DNA of 63,441 nucleotides, filler included, from Octopus bimaculoides (Eukaryota): NCBI RefSeq assembly GCF_001194135.2. It is 4 parts of 3 records of this genome, joined end to end, with 100 filler letters (N's around TTAATTAATTAA, not from the genome) between each part and the next. Parts side by side here need not be neighbours in the genome. Positions count along the whole stretch, not along the records: positions 1 to 11,691 come from NC_068987.1; positions 11,792 to 41,059 come from NC_068981.1; 2 more parts are not named here. The stretch is one strand, 5' to 3'. The notes below the pieces were generated by a model. The model was not told the origin of the DNA and made no database searches. It was given only the letters and a program-made list of their open reading frames with translations. Shown here in pieces: positions 1-12,030 of the stretch (position 1 is its first letter; each line of letters starts with the position of its first letter). Position numbers and translations under genes: made by a program.

Positions 1-84
1 GCTGTAATTAGCAGAACCATATGGACGCGCACCCATGGCGGTGGGCAACTATGTATACGATTCTGATAATTGCTGTTACATTAC

Positions 85-150
85 AAATCAGGCTGATGAG
101 GAATAGACAAATGGTAAGAATTTGTTAAATCCGAAACCTGGTTCCTGTTT
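85..150 (+). ncRNA. Type I hammerhead ribozyme-like motif
   Basis: Stem I aaatcagg/cctgttt; CTGATGA 93-99; long stem II (GGA/TCC plus ACAAAT/ATTTGT); GAAA 133-136; near-palindromic stem III AACC-T-GGTT; GUU cleavage triplet. Confidence 0.6.
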
Positions 151-306
151 AATAATGATTTTTTTAGGTGATTTTAAATGTCTTGCCCGCTCACGTTTTT
201 GGTATGCTGCTATATTTCATGTTGAGAACTTTTTAGGTCTTAATAGATACAAGATGTGATCTATTTCTAGCACATTAATTGTCCACGTTAGTGGTTGACG
301 TTATTT

Positions 307-346
<40 letters not shown>

Positions 347-1097
347 ACACACACATACATGTATGTCTTTATATGTATAATATATATGTATATGTATATG
401 TATATGTATGTATGTATGTATGTATGTATGCATGTATGTATTTGATCAAGCTTTCACATTTATTTTGTGCTGCTGGGTTAAGATAATGGCATTATCCTGG
501 ATTAAACAATATGGGAATACACTCTACAAACCCAGACACATAAATGTACACAGACAGATATTCAGTCACACAACTACACACATGTACACACACACACACA
601 CACACGCGCACACACACACACACATGCAAATACAAAATAGGTTGACACATATTCAAAAACTCACACACACATAACACTGAGTCAATTCTGAAATTCAGAG
701 GATCAAGAGATGAAACTTCTTGAAACATTTCAAATGTCATGGAGTAATTGAAATAGGAATGATAAAGAAATATACATATAAATACACATAAACGTATTTG
801 TTTATAAATTTAGAAAGAAGAGAGAGAGGGAGAGGGAGAAGGAGAGGGGGAAGAAAATTAGTGAGCAAGTTGTAACCAAATATTGAGTTATAATTTTCAT
901 CTGTCAGTTTATCTTTATGTATGTGTGTGTGTGTGTGTGTGTGTGCGTGTGTGTAGGAAGATGTTTGCTTCCCAATCATATGATTCTGGGTTCAGTCCCA
1001 CTGTGTGACACCTTGGGCAAGTATCTTTTACTACAGCCTTAGGCCCACTATAGCCTTGTAAGTAGATTTCATAGACCGCCGTGTGTGCGTGTGTGTG

Positions 1098-1143
<46 letters not shown>

Positions 1144-1146
1144 TAG

Positions 1147-1187
<41 letters not shown>

Positions 1188-1339
1188 TGAAGGAGTGGCT
1201 ATGTGTAAAGAAGTTTGCTTCCCAACCACATGGTTCTAGGTTCAATCCAACTGTGTTGGGAAGCAAGCTTCTTACCACACAGCCACTCCTGCACCTGTGT
1301 GTGTGTGTGTGTTAATTGCTAGCAATAAAAGTAGTGTTA

Positions 1340-2200
1340 ATACCAAAATGCAAGCTGTAGATCCAACTTAACATAGTCGTCTTGTCAGAATGCTGGATAC
1401 TGCATTATTAGTCTTGAGAGATCTTCCTATATAAGCACATGTTGCCTGAAATCTTAGACATGAACTGTAGCTGGCAGATGAGTAACTTGGTTACTATAGC
1501 AGAGCAGCAAGAAGGAGCCACTTCTTCGACAACATCAAGCCAACATCAAGCAGAGAAAAGATTGGACCAGTGAGATGGTGGTGAGGCCACTAGCATTTTG
1601 TGACACTGTCATTCTCTGATGAGTCCAGATTTGCTGTGTTTCCTGACTGGTTCCGTGCAGGTCTGGAGAATTTGTGATAAAAATATGCGATGTGAAAAGG
1701 TTGCAGCCAACAATAAAACACAGCAGCTATTCTTTGATGGTCTGGGGAGCAATTTGGAGCAATGGTCAATCAGAGCTGGTGGAGTGTGAGGGAAACGTAG
1801 ATAAACTCAGATAAATATGTGTCCATATTGCAGAAAGGATTCTCTCCAATTTTCTCCAGTGGCGAAATGATTAAAGAAGACTCTTTATTTATGGAAGATG
1901 GGGCTCCTTGTCACATGGCTAAAATGGCCCCAGATTTGTTGGATTAGAATGGCATTAAAAAGCTTCCATGGCCAAACCAGTCACCAGCTATGAACCCTAT
2001 TGAACACCTCTGGGATATAATGGACAGGACACTTCATAAAAAGAACAAGAAAGCATCTTCAATGCTAGATCTTTTGAGATTACTGAATGAAACTTGGGAA
2101 GAAATTCCACAAGAGAAAATTCATCATCTGATAAGTAAGTAATATGCTTAATAGGATCCTTGCACTGAAAAATGCAAAAAGCATGTCTACTAAATATTAA
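1340..2200 (+). mobile_element. Degenerate Tc1-family (DD34E) transposase
   Basis: Frameshifted translation gives FSDESRF, LMVWGAIWS, FMEDGAPCH...LPWPNQSPAMNPIEHLWDIM (34 residues between D and E), ending MSTKY*. Confidence 0.88.
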
Positions 2201-2330
2201 ATATTCACATTATAACAATTAATATATAACTTGAATATATAATTTCAGATCTAAATAAATTTTAATAACTATAATTGTCTCTATTTACATGTCATGTCTG
2301 TGTGTATATATACACAGATGTATGTATGTA

Positions 2331-2384
<54 letters not shown>

Positions 2385-3611
2385 CACATGCAGTCATGCA
2401 AACATATTCATATGTATTCTAATACCTGTATATAAATAAATATGAGACACGCCTGCATAAAAGAATACTTCGAAATACACATGCAGAACTGCACTAACAC
2501 ACAAACACATACACATACGCACACACATATATTTATGTACAATAAAAAAAAAAGATAAGCACACGAACAAGTATAAACGCATAAGATAAATATGGACACA
2601 ATACATGAGCACAGTGAACACATATAAGCCAAACTACATTAGGATGAAAGCACTTATGCAAATTGAAACAGCAGTGACAACGATTACTACAGCACGCAAA
2701 TAGCATCAATCGACCCTGAAATAATGAAGGCAAAGCTGGCAACAGTGGGATTTAAACTCTATGCTAGAAATCATCATCATCGTCATCATTATTATTTAGC
2801 ATCCACTTTCCATGCTGGCATAGGTTAGATGGTGGCTACAACAGTCATCTGACAATGTTTCTTTACATATACCCACTCATTACCAAATGGAAGGACTATG
2901 ATATCCTGTAGAAATAGCAGTCAAATATCCCCTCGTATTTGAGCCTATTGTTTTAGATGTGTTTTGAAAGGATGCATTAGGTAACGTAGTGCTGTGGACC
3001 TAGATTCCACCGAAACACAAAACAGCAAGCAAAGTCGAATAGCATACGAACGACTGAATGGTGAAATCTAGGGTGTCTTATAATGGTTTGGCTCTTTCTG
3101 GTGGTGGTGGTAGTGGTGGGGGATTGATCTGGGGTTAATTGATAGGAACAACAACAACTACAGCAATAACAATGCTTCTTCAAAAGGGGATGATTAAAGC
3201 AACTATGCAAATCAGCACAGGCATCATCATCATCATCACCTCCACTTCCACCATCATCATCGTCGTCATCATCATCACCTCCATCACCACCACCTCCACC
3301 ACCATCATCATCATCACCATTGTCTAGCATGGGCTTTTACATGCTGGCATGGGTTGGATGGATATAATAAAACAGTTTTGAAAATAATAACAATTATCCT
3401 TTCTACTATAGGCACAAGGCCTGAAATTTTGAGGGAGACCACTAGTTGATTACATCGACCCCAGTTGAACAACTGGTACTTATTTCATTGACTCTCAAAA
3501 AGGAGGAAAGGCAAAGTCAACCTTGGTGAAATTTGAACTCGGAATATAAACAAGAACGAGAAGCTGCACAGCCTCTTAACCATTTTGCCACATTGCTAAT
3601 GATAATATTGT

Positions 3612-4000
3612 GGAGGCACAATGGCCCAGTGGTTAGGGCAGTAGACTCACAGTCATAGGATCGCGGTTTTGATTCCCAGACCGGGCGTTGTGAGTGTTTA
3701 TTGAGCGAAAACACCTAAAGCTCCACGAGGCTCTGGCAGGGGATGGTGGCGAACCCTGCTGTACTCTTTCGCCACAACTTTCTCTCACTCTTACTTTCTG
3801 CTTCTGCTGTGCCTGTAATTCAAAGGGTCAGCCTTGTCACACTGTGTCACACTGAATATCCCCGAGAACTACGTTAAGGGTACACGTGTCTGTGGAGTGC
3901 TCAGCCACTTACACGTTAATTTCACAAGTAGGCTGTTCCATTGGTTGGATCAACTGGAACCCTCATCATCATAACCAACGGAGTGCCAACAACAACAACA
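3612..4000 (+). mobile_element. tRNA-derived SINE, long family (second copy at 48145-48525)
   Basis: A box TGGCCCAGTGG, B box GGTTT(T/C)GATTCCC, (AAC)n tail; colinear with the 48145 copy. Confidence 0.85.
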
Positions 4001-4291
4001 ACAATGATAATAATATTCTAGTTTTAGCACAAGGCCAGCAGTTTTTTTGAAGGAAGGTGTTGGTCAATTACATCAACACTTGCGCTCAGCAAGTACTTTA
4101 TTCAATCGACCCTGAAATAATGAAGGCAAAGCTGGCAACAGTGGGATTTAAACTCTATGCTAGAAATCATCATCATCGTCATCATTATTATTTAGCATCC
4201 ACTTTCCATGCTGGCATAGGTTAGATGGTGTCACCAGCACATAAAAATAGTACCGTATCCTCCAGCACACAAGTCTATTTAGTATATAAAG

Positions 4292-4754
4292 CAGGGCTGT
4301 GGAGTCAAAGCAAAAGACTTCAACTCCGGCTCTGATTCCTCTACTATTGGCACCTCTGACTCCGACTCCTCTACTATTGGCACCTCTGACTCTGACTCCT
4401 CTACTATTGGCACCTCTGACTCCGACTCCTCTACTATTGGCACCTCTGACTCTGACTGCTCTACCATTGGCACCTCTGACTCCGACTGCTCTACTATTGG
4501 CACCTCCGACTCTGACTCCTCTTTGTGTAATTAAGTAATTGTGGTCTACATATCTCATAAAGCATATGCATACGCTTGTACTTTGAGTAGGCCTATATGT
4601 TATAACTTGTTTGTATTAAAGAATAAAAATCTTGTGTGTCAGAGTCGGTATAGTTTTAGCGACTCTGACTCTAGCTACCCCTTAAATATTTCTGACTTCG
4701 ACTCCAACTCCATGACTCCAACACTGACTCTACGACTCTAACTCCATGACCCTG
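4292..4754. mobile_element. Non-autonomous hAT-like MITE with internal 30-bp minisatellite
   Basis: Termini CAGGGCTGTGGAG / CTCCATGACCCTG; 8-bp target duplication ATATAAAG (4284-4291) / ATACAAAG (4755-4762); GACTCC-rich subtermini. Confidence 0.7.
4325..4520 (+). repeat. 30-bp minisatellite (ctctactattggcacctctgactccgactc), about 6.5 copies
   Basis: Directly visible; explains the periodic ORFs at 4160-4558. Confidence 0.95.
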
Positions 4755-5210
4755 ATACAAAGGCAAAGGTAAAGTTACCTTCTCGAGCCAAGCTAACTGA
4801 CAAGAGCTGGTTTCCCAGTTTCATGGCGTGCATATTCTGCACCTGGATGGGATGCTAGTCTGTCACAGAATTACTCATTTTTGCCAGCTGAGTAAATTGG
4901 AGCAACATGAAATGAAGTGTTTTGCTCAAGAACAAAACACATCACCTGGCCCAGGAATTGAAACCACAATCTTACAATCATGAGTCCAGCACCCTAACCA
5001 CTAAACCACACACACCTCCATGTTTACTATACAGTGCAAACATGTGTAAACATTCAAACTTCATCACTATTTCTCTAAATCCTGCTGAATTTCACATGGA
5101 GGTTTTGGTCCTCCAAGGCTATCTTGGTGTTTAAGTTGGTCCACCCTTTTCGTTTTGATTGCAAATTTTAGTCCACAAAATTTGATTTGTATGCCAGAAA
5201 ATACGGAAAA

Positions 5211-5430
5211 GGCGGTGAGCAGGCAAAATCGTTAGCGCGCCGGGCAAAATGCTTAGCGGTATTTCGTCTGCCGTTATGTTCCGAGTTCAAATTCTGCCAA
5301 GGTCGACTTTGCCTTTCATCCTTTCAGGGTCGATAAATGAAGTACCAGTTACGTACTGGGGTCGATGTAATCGACTTAATCCCTTGTTTGTCCCCTCTAT
5401 GTTTAGCCCCTTATGGCCAGTAAAGAAATA
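5211..5430 (+). mobile_element. tRNA-derived SINE, second family (other copies ~3400, 13125-14010, 14530, 31250, 40110-40590, 44240-44930)
   Basis: ggcggtgagc...gagttcaaattc(B box)...gtcgactttgcctttcatcc...aagtaccag...ctggggtcgatgtaatcgac. Confidence 0.85.
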
Positions 5431-5687
5431 AGAAAATACAGTAACTGGATTCTCTTGAAAACATGCTTGCTGCTTATAAAAAAAAAAAAGAAAAAAAAGA
5501 GGAAAGATTACATTGGATAATGTAATTATAGATAGATTGTGCTTACTTGAAATAAAAATGAGATGGTCATAGTAGGGACCTAGGGCTAATTAACAACAGC
5601 AACAACAACACGAATGTTGTTTGCGAGGTGGCAACATAGCATTTTCCACTTTCAAATTCAGTGCAGAATGACAATAAAGTAGTAGTA

Positions 5688-6060
5688 GTAGTAGGAGTAG
5701 TAGTAGTAGTTGTTGTTGTTGTTGTTGTGGTCATTGTTGATGTTGTAGTGGCGGTGGCAGTGGTGGTGGTAGTATTGGTGGTGGTGGTGGTGGTATTGGT
5801 GGTGGTGGTGGNNNNNNNNNNNNNNNNNNNNNNNNNNNNNNNNNNNNNNNNNNNNNNNNNNNNNNNNNGGCGGTGGTGGCGGTGGTGGTGATGGTGGTGG
5901 TGATGGTGGTAGTGGTGGTGGTAGTGGCATTGGTGGTAGTTAGTGGTAGTAGTGGTGGTAATGGTGGTAGTGGTGGTGGTGGTGGCATTGGTGGTGGTGA
6001 TGGTGGTGATAGTGGTGGTGGTGGTGGTGGTGGTGGTAATAGCTGCAGCAGCAGCAGTTG
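5688..6060 (+). repeat. Compound (AGT/GTT/GGT)n trinucleotide tract interrupted by a gap
   Basis: Directly visible. Confidence 0.95.
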
Positions 6061-6340
6061 ACATGGGCTTTAGTGAAATGATGCTAACCATACTTCAATG
6101 CACAGTGGATCAGAAACAAATTACAACAACAACAACAGCAACAATAATAATAACAACAACAACAATAATAATAATAATGATTATTATTAAGAGGCACCAG
6201 GTACTTAGATATGATTACCTTTCTGCTAACGGCATTTGGGAATACACCACAACACATCTAAGGAGATGATAATGTAGAAAGGCACAACCACAAACTGAAA
6301 TACACATATCTACATCAGAGATAATGGACACCAAACACCT

Positions 6341-6385
<45 letters not shown>

Positions 6386-6835
6386 NNNNNNNNNNNNNNN
6401 NNNNNNNNNNNNNNNNNNNNNNNNNNNNNNNNNNNNNNNNNNNNNNNNNNNNNNNNNNNNNNNNNNNNNNNNNNNNNNNNNNNNNNNNNNNNNNNNNNNN
6501 NNNNNNNNNNNNNNNNNNNNNNNNNNNNNNNNNNNNNNNNNNNNNNNNNNNNNNNNNNNNNNNNNNNNNNNNNNNNNNNNNNNNNNNNNNNNNNNNNNNN
6601 NNNNNNNNNNNNNNNNNNNNNNNNNNNNNNNNNNNNNNNNNNNNNNNNNNNNNNNNNNNNNNNNNNNNNNNNNNNNNNNNNNNNNNNNNNNNNNNNNNNN
6701 NNNNNNNNNNNNNNNNNNNNNNNNNNNNNNNNNNNNNNNNNNNNNNNNNNNNNNNNNNNNNNNNNNNTATTTATTTATTTATTTATTTATTTATTTATGG
6801 GTTTCAGCGCGCACACACACACACACACACACACA

Positions 6836-7010
6836 AGCGGATGCTGAAAAGTTCGTTCATGGCGTTGAGGGTGTCACAAAAGGCCTGGTTAGAGGCCCAA
6901 CCTTCTGTGTTTTTTTTTTTACAGGGCTTAGAAAAAGCAGAAGGGCAGCTGCAATAAGTGTGGAAATGTGAGAGGGGAACATTTGGAATAAAATCATAAT
7001 TTACCTGATA
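6836..7010. mobile_element. Mariner-type MITE fragment
   Basis: Begins with a mariner-like TIR (gcggatgctgaaaagttc) and contains a relic of the transposase 3' end (cvemrgehle-like). Confidence 0.45.
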
Positions 7011-7713
7011 TTTTAGAAACGACTACTATCAACATGTCTTATGTAACGAGAAACTGAGTTGCATCACCTGAAGAGATGCATCTGCACCGTGGAATGCAAT
7101 GTAATTCATTGTATGGTTTCCCACCCATGAGGGATCCATGCAGGATGTGTTGAAACAGTTGTTGGGATAAATAAAGTTTCCAGTATCCATTGTCTCTACT
7201 ACACTCAATGTACAGAGGAATTCTTAACGCAGATCCAATGACAATTGTGCAATTACCATGGATGACTCCAGGTAGCCATAGACAGTAAATATGCTTTATC
7301 GGCATACTACTAGAGACTTAAACACACCAGCCTCGGTTGTCAAGCGATGGTGGGGGGACAAGCACAGACACACAAACATACATACACATATATATATATA
7401 TATATACGACACACATATATACAACGGACAAACACACACACACACACACACACATATATACACATATATACGACGGGCTTCTTTCAGTTTCCGTCTACCA
7501 AATCCACTCACAAGGCTTTGGTCGGCCCGAGGCTATAGTAGAAGACACATGCCGAAGGTGGTGCGCAGTGGGACTGAACCCGGAACCATGTGGCTGGAAA
7601 GCAAACTACTTACCACACAGCCACATGCATACACATAGGTATGTATCTGCATACATATGTATGTCTGTTTGTATATACCTATCTATCTATCTATCTCTCT
7701 ACCTACATATATA

Positions 7714-7784
<71 letters not shown>

Positions 7785-8219
7785 CTGTATGTATGATTAC
7801 ATGCACTATCAGTCCCCTGACCCCTTGCTGCCAACTGCAAAACATGTCAACAATAACACAGCTATCATCTTTTGATTCAGAAGACAAGGCCACGAGTTTC
7901 TTGAAATATTAATGGACTTGGGAACGCTATTGTTCCAAAACCAACATAAAGATGTAATAAGGAAATATGAAAAATCTTTAATATATGAGATTAAAACTCA
8001 GACACAGTTGTGTTTTAACATATTTGAAAGAAAAGCTCACCATATATACAAATATATAAATACATACGTACATATGTGGGTGTGTGTGTGCATGCATGTA
8101 TGAAAGAAAGAGAGAAAGATATATGTAAATATACATACACACACACATGCACACACACACACACACACACAGATAGATAAATATATTCGTGTATGCATGT
8201 GTGAGAGAGAATTTATATG

Positions 8220-8256
<37 letters not shown>

Positions 8257-8371
8257 ATATACACACACACACACATATATATACATATATATATACATAT
8301 ATACATATATATATATTTATAGGCTAATGATTATGATGATGATAATGATATATGTACATACATACTAACAA

Positions 8372-8420
<49 letters not shown>

Positions 8421-9032
8421 GATACGTAGATAGATACATAGACAGACATGCAAGAGAAAGAGAGAGATGGAGTAGGGAGACTGATGTATATGTATAGATA
8501 TTTATGTAAAATAAAACTACATGTATTTTGAAAATTGGTTAGGATTATTCCATTAATGAAATTGTACTTTCAAATTTCTGCTAAAATTGTTGACTGTAAA
8601 GACCAAAATATATTCTCAAAAGAGTAATAAAAGTATTAAAAAAGACAAAACAAAAAGCAGAAGCAGCAAAATAACAACAATAAAAAATCTAATAACACAA
8701 TGGAGATTCCTGCTCTCATCATAAATTTTATTGCAAGATTACAATTTCAAAAGATTGAATGCAAGCTGTAAGTGGTTTTCTTGACAAAAACCAACGCACA
8801 AATATGCGAACATACAGAACAGTGTAACACACGAATGCTATATAACAGACAGATAATGCTGGTATTATACTGATATAAAGGTGTGAGTACAGTGTTCCGA
8901 AATAGAAATAAACTCATTCTGTCATCAAATAGAGCAGAGGGAAATATAATTCTGTTCTTGTTCATAAATCTTATTTCATACATATTACATTATATACATA
9001 GCCTTTGCAAAAATGTCTGAATTGAAGTTCTC

Positions 9033-9071
<39 letters not shown>

Positions 9072-9439
9072 TGTAAATCCAAAAAATAACAACAAAAACA
9101 CAAAGGATTCTGCGGTACACGTGTTTCAAGCTTTATATCAGTGTATAATTGACAATACAAAGCTATCCTCAGCCTGGTTCTGTATAGTTATGAAAGAACA
9201 TACACTGTGATGCTAATGTATTAGTTTATTTGACTTTAGGATTATGAGTTCATACCTTACCAGGAAAATAATTTACTTTATAATAATTACCAATATGGTT
9301 GAGCATTGGGCCTCATAGAGGCAAAGTTGCCAAGATCCTTTTGAATGTTAGGCCTCAAGGAGGCAATGACCAAGACTTTTGGGATTATGTCCTGCTTGAG
9401 AAGAAGACTCATCAAGCCGAGCAAAATTGCAGTCGTCAT

Positions 9440-9640
9440 GGCAGATACCTGTGTCATGCAAATGGCACCTGTGCTGGTGGCACGTTAAAGCACCCATTAC
9501 ACTCTCAGAGGGTTTGGCGTTGGGAAGGGCATCCAGCCATAGAAAACCACACCAAATCATACAAGAGCCTGGTGCAGCCCTCCAGAATGCCAGCCCAGTC
9601 AAACCGTCCAACCCATGCCAGCATGGACAACAGATGTTAA

Positions 9641-9696
<56 letters not shown>

Positions 9697-9700
9697 ATAC
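9440..9700 (+). mobile_element. RTE 3'-end-derived short repeat with (GAT)n tail (representative; other copies at ~10160, 15510, 17060, 19845, 27780, 33540, 38450, 59140, 59640, 60470, 61290)
   Basis: Shared core gcgttaggaagggcatccagctgtagaaac...ccaacccatgccagcatgga...gttaaatgatgatg matches the 3' UTR of the RTE at 55884. Confidence 0.85.
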
Positions 9701-10288
9701 AATCTGTAGGAGATAATTGAATTAATGCTCTTGGTTGTTGCAGGTTTGGCTCTTGGACAAGCTCGCTTCCCAACCAGATGGTTTCAGTTTCAATCCTACT
9801 GAATAACACCTTTGGTGTCTTGCCCCAGACTGATCAAAGCATTTAGAGTAGATTTGGTAGCTGGAAACTGAAAGAAGCACTGTGTACGTATGTGTGTATG
9901 TATGTATGTATGTAAAAAAACATTTCATTTTTTTTTATATTCTGTCATCATCACACAAAATTTAATCCATCCTCTGGTTTAACACCACCATCTCACCTTT
10001 AGGTGCCTTTACTAGAGTTCCCCTTGTTGTATATGGACCAGGGTTCTGGGGTGCAGATAACTTTTCTTCTCTTCTTGCCACTCTTGGAGGCACTAATACA
10101 GGTTAGGGTCATGGACTTCCTTCTGCTAAGTGATAATGGAAATTAATAAAAATATTTTACTCTTGGCATTAAGAAGGGCATTCCAGCCATAGAAACCATG
10201 CCAAAACAGACAAATGGAAACTGCGCAGCTCTCCAGCTGACCATCTCCTGCCAAATCATCCAACCCATGCCAACATGAAGAACTGGCG

Positions 10289-10349
10289 TTGAATGATATT
10301 GATGATGATGACGATGATGATGATGATGACGACGACTATGATGATGACA

Positions 10350-10401
<52 letters not shown>

Positions 10402-10800
10402 CGACGGCAATGATGATGAAGATGACTATGATGATGATGATGACAATAATGATGATGTTGATGACAAGGATGATGACAACAACGACGACGATGATGATGA
10501 TGATGATGATGATGACAACAACGACGATGATGATGATGACGACGACAAGGTTGATGACGATGACAAGGTCGATGACGACAATGCCAATGATGATGACGAC
10601 AATGATAACAACGACGATACCAATGATGATGACGATGATGATGATGATGATGAAGACGATGATGACAACAATGACGATGATGATGATGATGATGACAATG
10701 ATGCCAATGATGATGCCAATGATGGCGATGATGATGATGATGATGACAACAACAACGATGACGACGACGACAATGATGATGACGATGATGATGATGTTAA
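10289..10800 (+). repeat. ~510-bp degenerate (GAT/GAC/AAC/AAT)n expansion of an RTE-type tail
   Basis: Directly follows the RTE 3'-end motif at 10160-10290; yields spurious poly-D, poly-M and poly-S ORFs. Confidence 0.93.
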
Positions 10801-11691
10801 TGGCTGGGCGTACACTTGCTATGTACCTCGGAAAGATTTTAGTTCACTTTCATAACCAGTTGAAACAGTGAAACTGAAAAAGATTTTGTTCATTTGCAGT
10901 GTAGAGTTCAAGCCCTCTTGTGGGTTTGGAGAAAGCAACAGCGCATTTTCTCCATCTAAATCAAAAAAAAAAAACTGAATTATTAATGGTCTTCCCATGA
11001 GACTAACCGCTGCCACCACAATCATGCTAATGCAGTATAAAACCCCATGAACATCACCTAATCTCGTTCTCCTTTCTTGCAAATATAAGGCTTTCTATCT
11101 TTGTAAAATAATTGTTATTACTATTTAAAACATTGAAGTTTATTACTCAAATATGTTGTCAACATGAAAAACAAAAGCTGAATTAGTGTTAGCATATTTA
11201 ATTTATTAAGCACCTAAAAACTAATTAGAAATAATTAGGCAGTGCGAAAAAAGATTACATTAGCTCAATGACTAATTATTTTAATTAGTTCAGTAAATGA
11301 TTAAAATTAGTCATTAAGCTAATATCATTTTTTCCACTGCTTGGTATTGCTAAGTAGATTTCATATTGACTGTATTAAATATAATAAATTGTATTCACCA
11401 ACATATTTTTTATCATTGTTTTTTAGTCGTTTCAGTCTGTGGCCATTCTGGGGCACCACCTCTAAGGATTTAGTTGAAGAAATTGCCCCCAGTAATCATT
11501 TGTTTTAAAAGTCTGGCACTCATTCTATTGGTTTCTTTTGTTGAACTGCTAGGTTACAGGGATATAAACAAACTAACACCAGTAGTCAAGTGGTGGTAGG
11601 ACACAAGCAGAAACACACAGAAACACACACAGACATACACATACAGACCCACAGACACACACAGACACACACACACACACATATATATATA

Positions 11692-11791
11692 NNNNNNNNN
11701 NNNNNNNNNNNNNNNNNNNNNNNNNNNNNNNNNNNTTAATTAATTAANNNNNNNNNNNNNNNNNNNNNNNNNNNNNNNNNNNNNNNNNNNN
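11692..11791. other. Assembly join: 44 N + TTAATTAATTAA + 44 N
   Basis: Palindromic six-frame-stop linker at 11736-11747 in a 100-bp spacer; not biological. Confidence 0.95.
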
Positions 11792-12030
11792 GTCAATGAA
11801 GGCCAGGTACAGAGGTTTATCCTTGGCTAGATATTTCTCCTGCAGCTGTCTCACTAGAAATATGGTATCAGTGGTGCTTTTACCTGGCACGAACCCAAGC
11901 TGCATCTCATCTAAATTGATTTGCTCCCTAATTAGTTGGGCTATGACCCTCTCCGTAACTTTTATAACCTGATCTAACAGCTTGATGCCTCTGTAATGCC
12001 TAGCCTTGTATTTACTTCCAGGAAATAATT
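11792..12030 (-). mobile_element. RTE LINE reverse-transcriptase fragment cut by an assembly join
   Basis: YRGIKLLDQVIKVTERVIAQLIREQINLDEMQLGFVPGKSTTDTIFLVRQLQEKYLAKDKPLYLAFID. Confidence 0.92.

Noticed and set aside
1616-1630. CTGATGA resembling a hammerhead core
   Set aside because: It is the FSDES codons of the Tc1 transposase; no stem II/GAAA follows.
2990-3071. Possible terminal exon AVDLDSTETQNSKQSRIAYERLNGEI*
   Set aside because: Weak acceptor, no partner exon, no recognised homology.
3612-3690. tRNA-like A/B box heads (also 5211, 42526, 48145, 62758)
   Set aside because: They continue into SINE bodies and do not form complete cloverleafs; not tRNA genes.
4160-4558. Periodic ORFs (RGVGVRGANS / ESEVPIVEES) and a possible CRISPR-like array
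   Set aside because: Contiguous 30-bp minisatellite with no unique spacers, inside a MITE in a eukaryotic genome.
5567-6269. Poly-Thr/Pro/Gly/Val ORFs (mucin- or extensin-like)
   Set aside because: Compound GGT/AGT/GTT microsatellite across a gap.
10289-10871. 188-192 aa poly-Asp/poly-Met/poly-Ser ORFs resembling acidic biomineralisation proteins
   Set aside because: Open in several frames because it is a triplet microsatellite continuing an RTE tail; no signal peptide or splice context.
11736-11747. TTAATTAATTAA palindrome repeated at 11736, 41104 and 54380
   Set aside because: Always centred in exactly 100 bp of N; an assembly linker, not a regulatory site.
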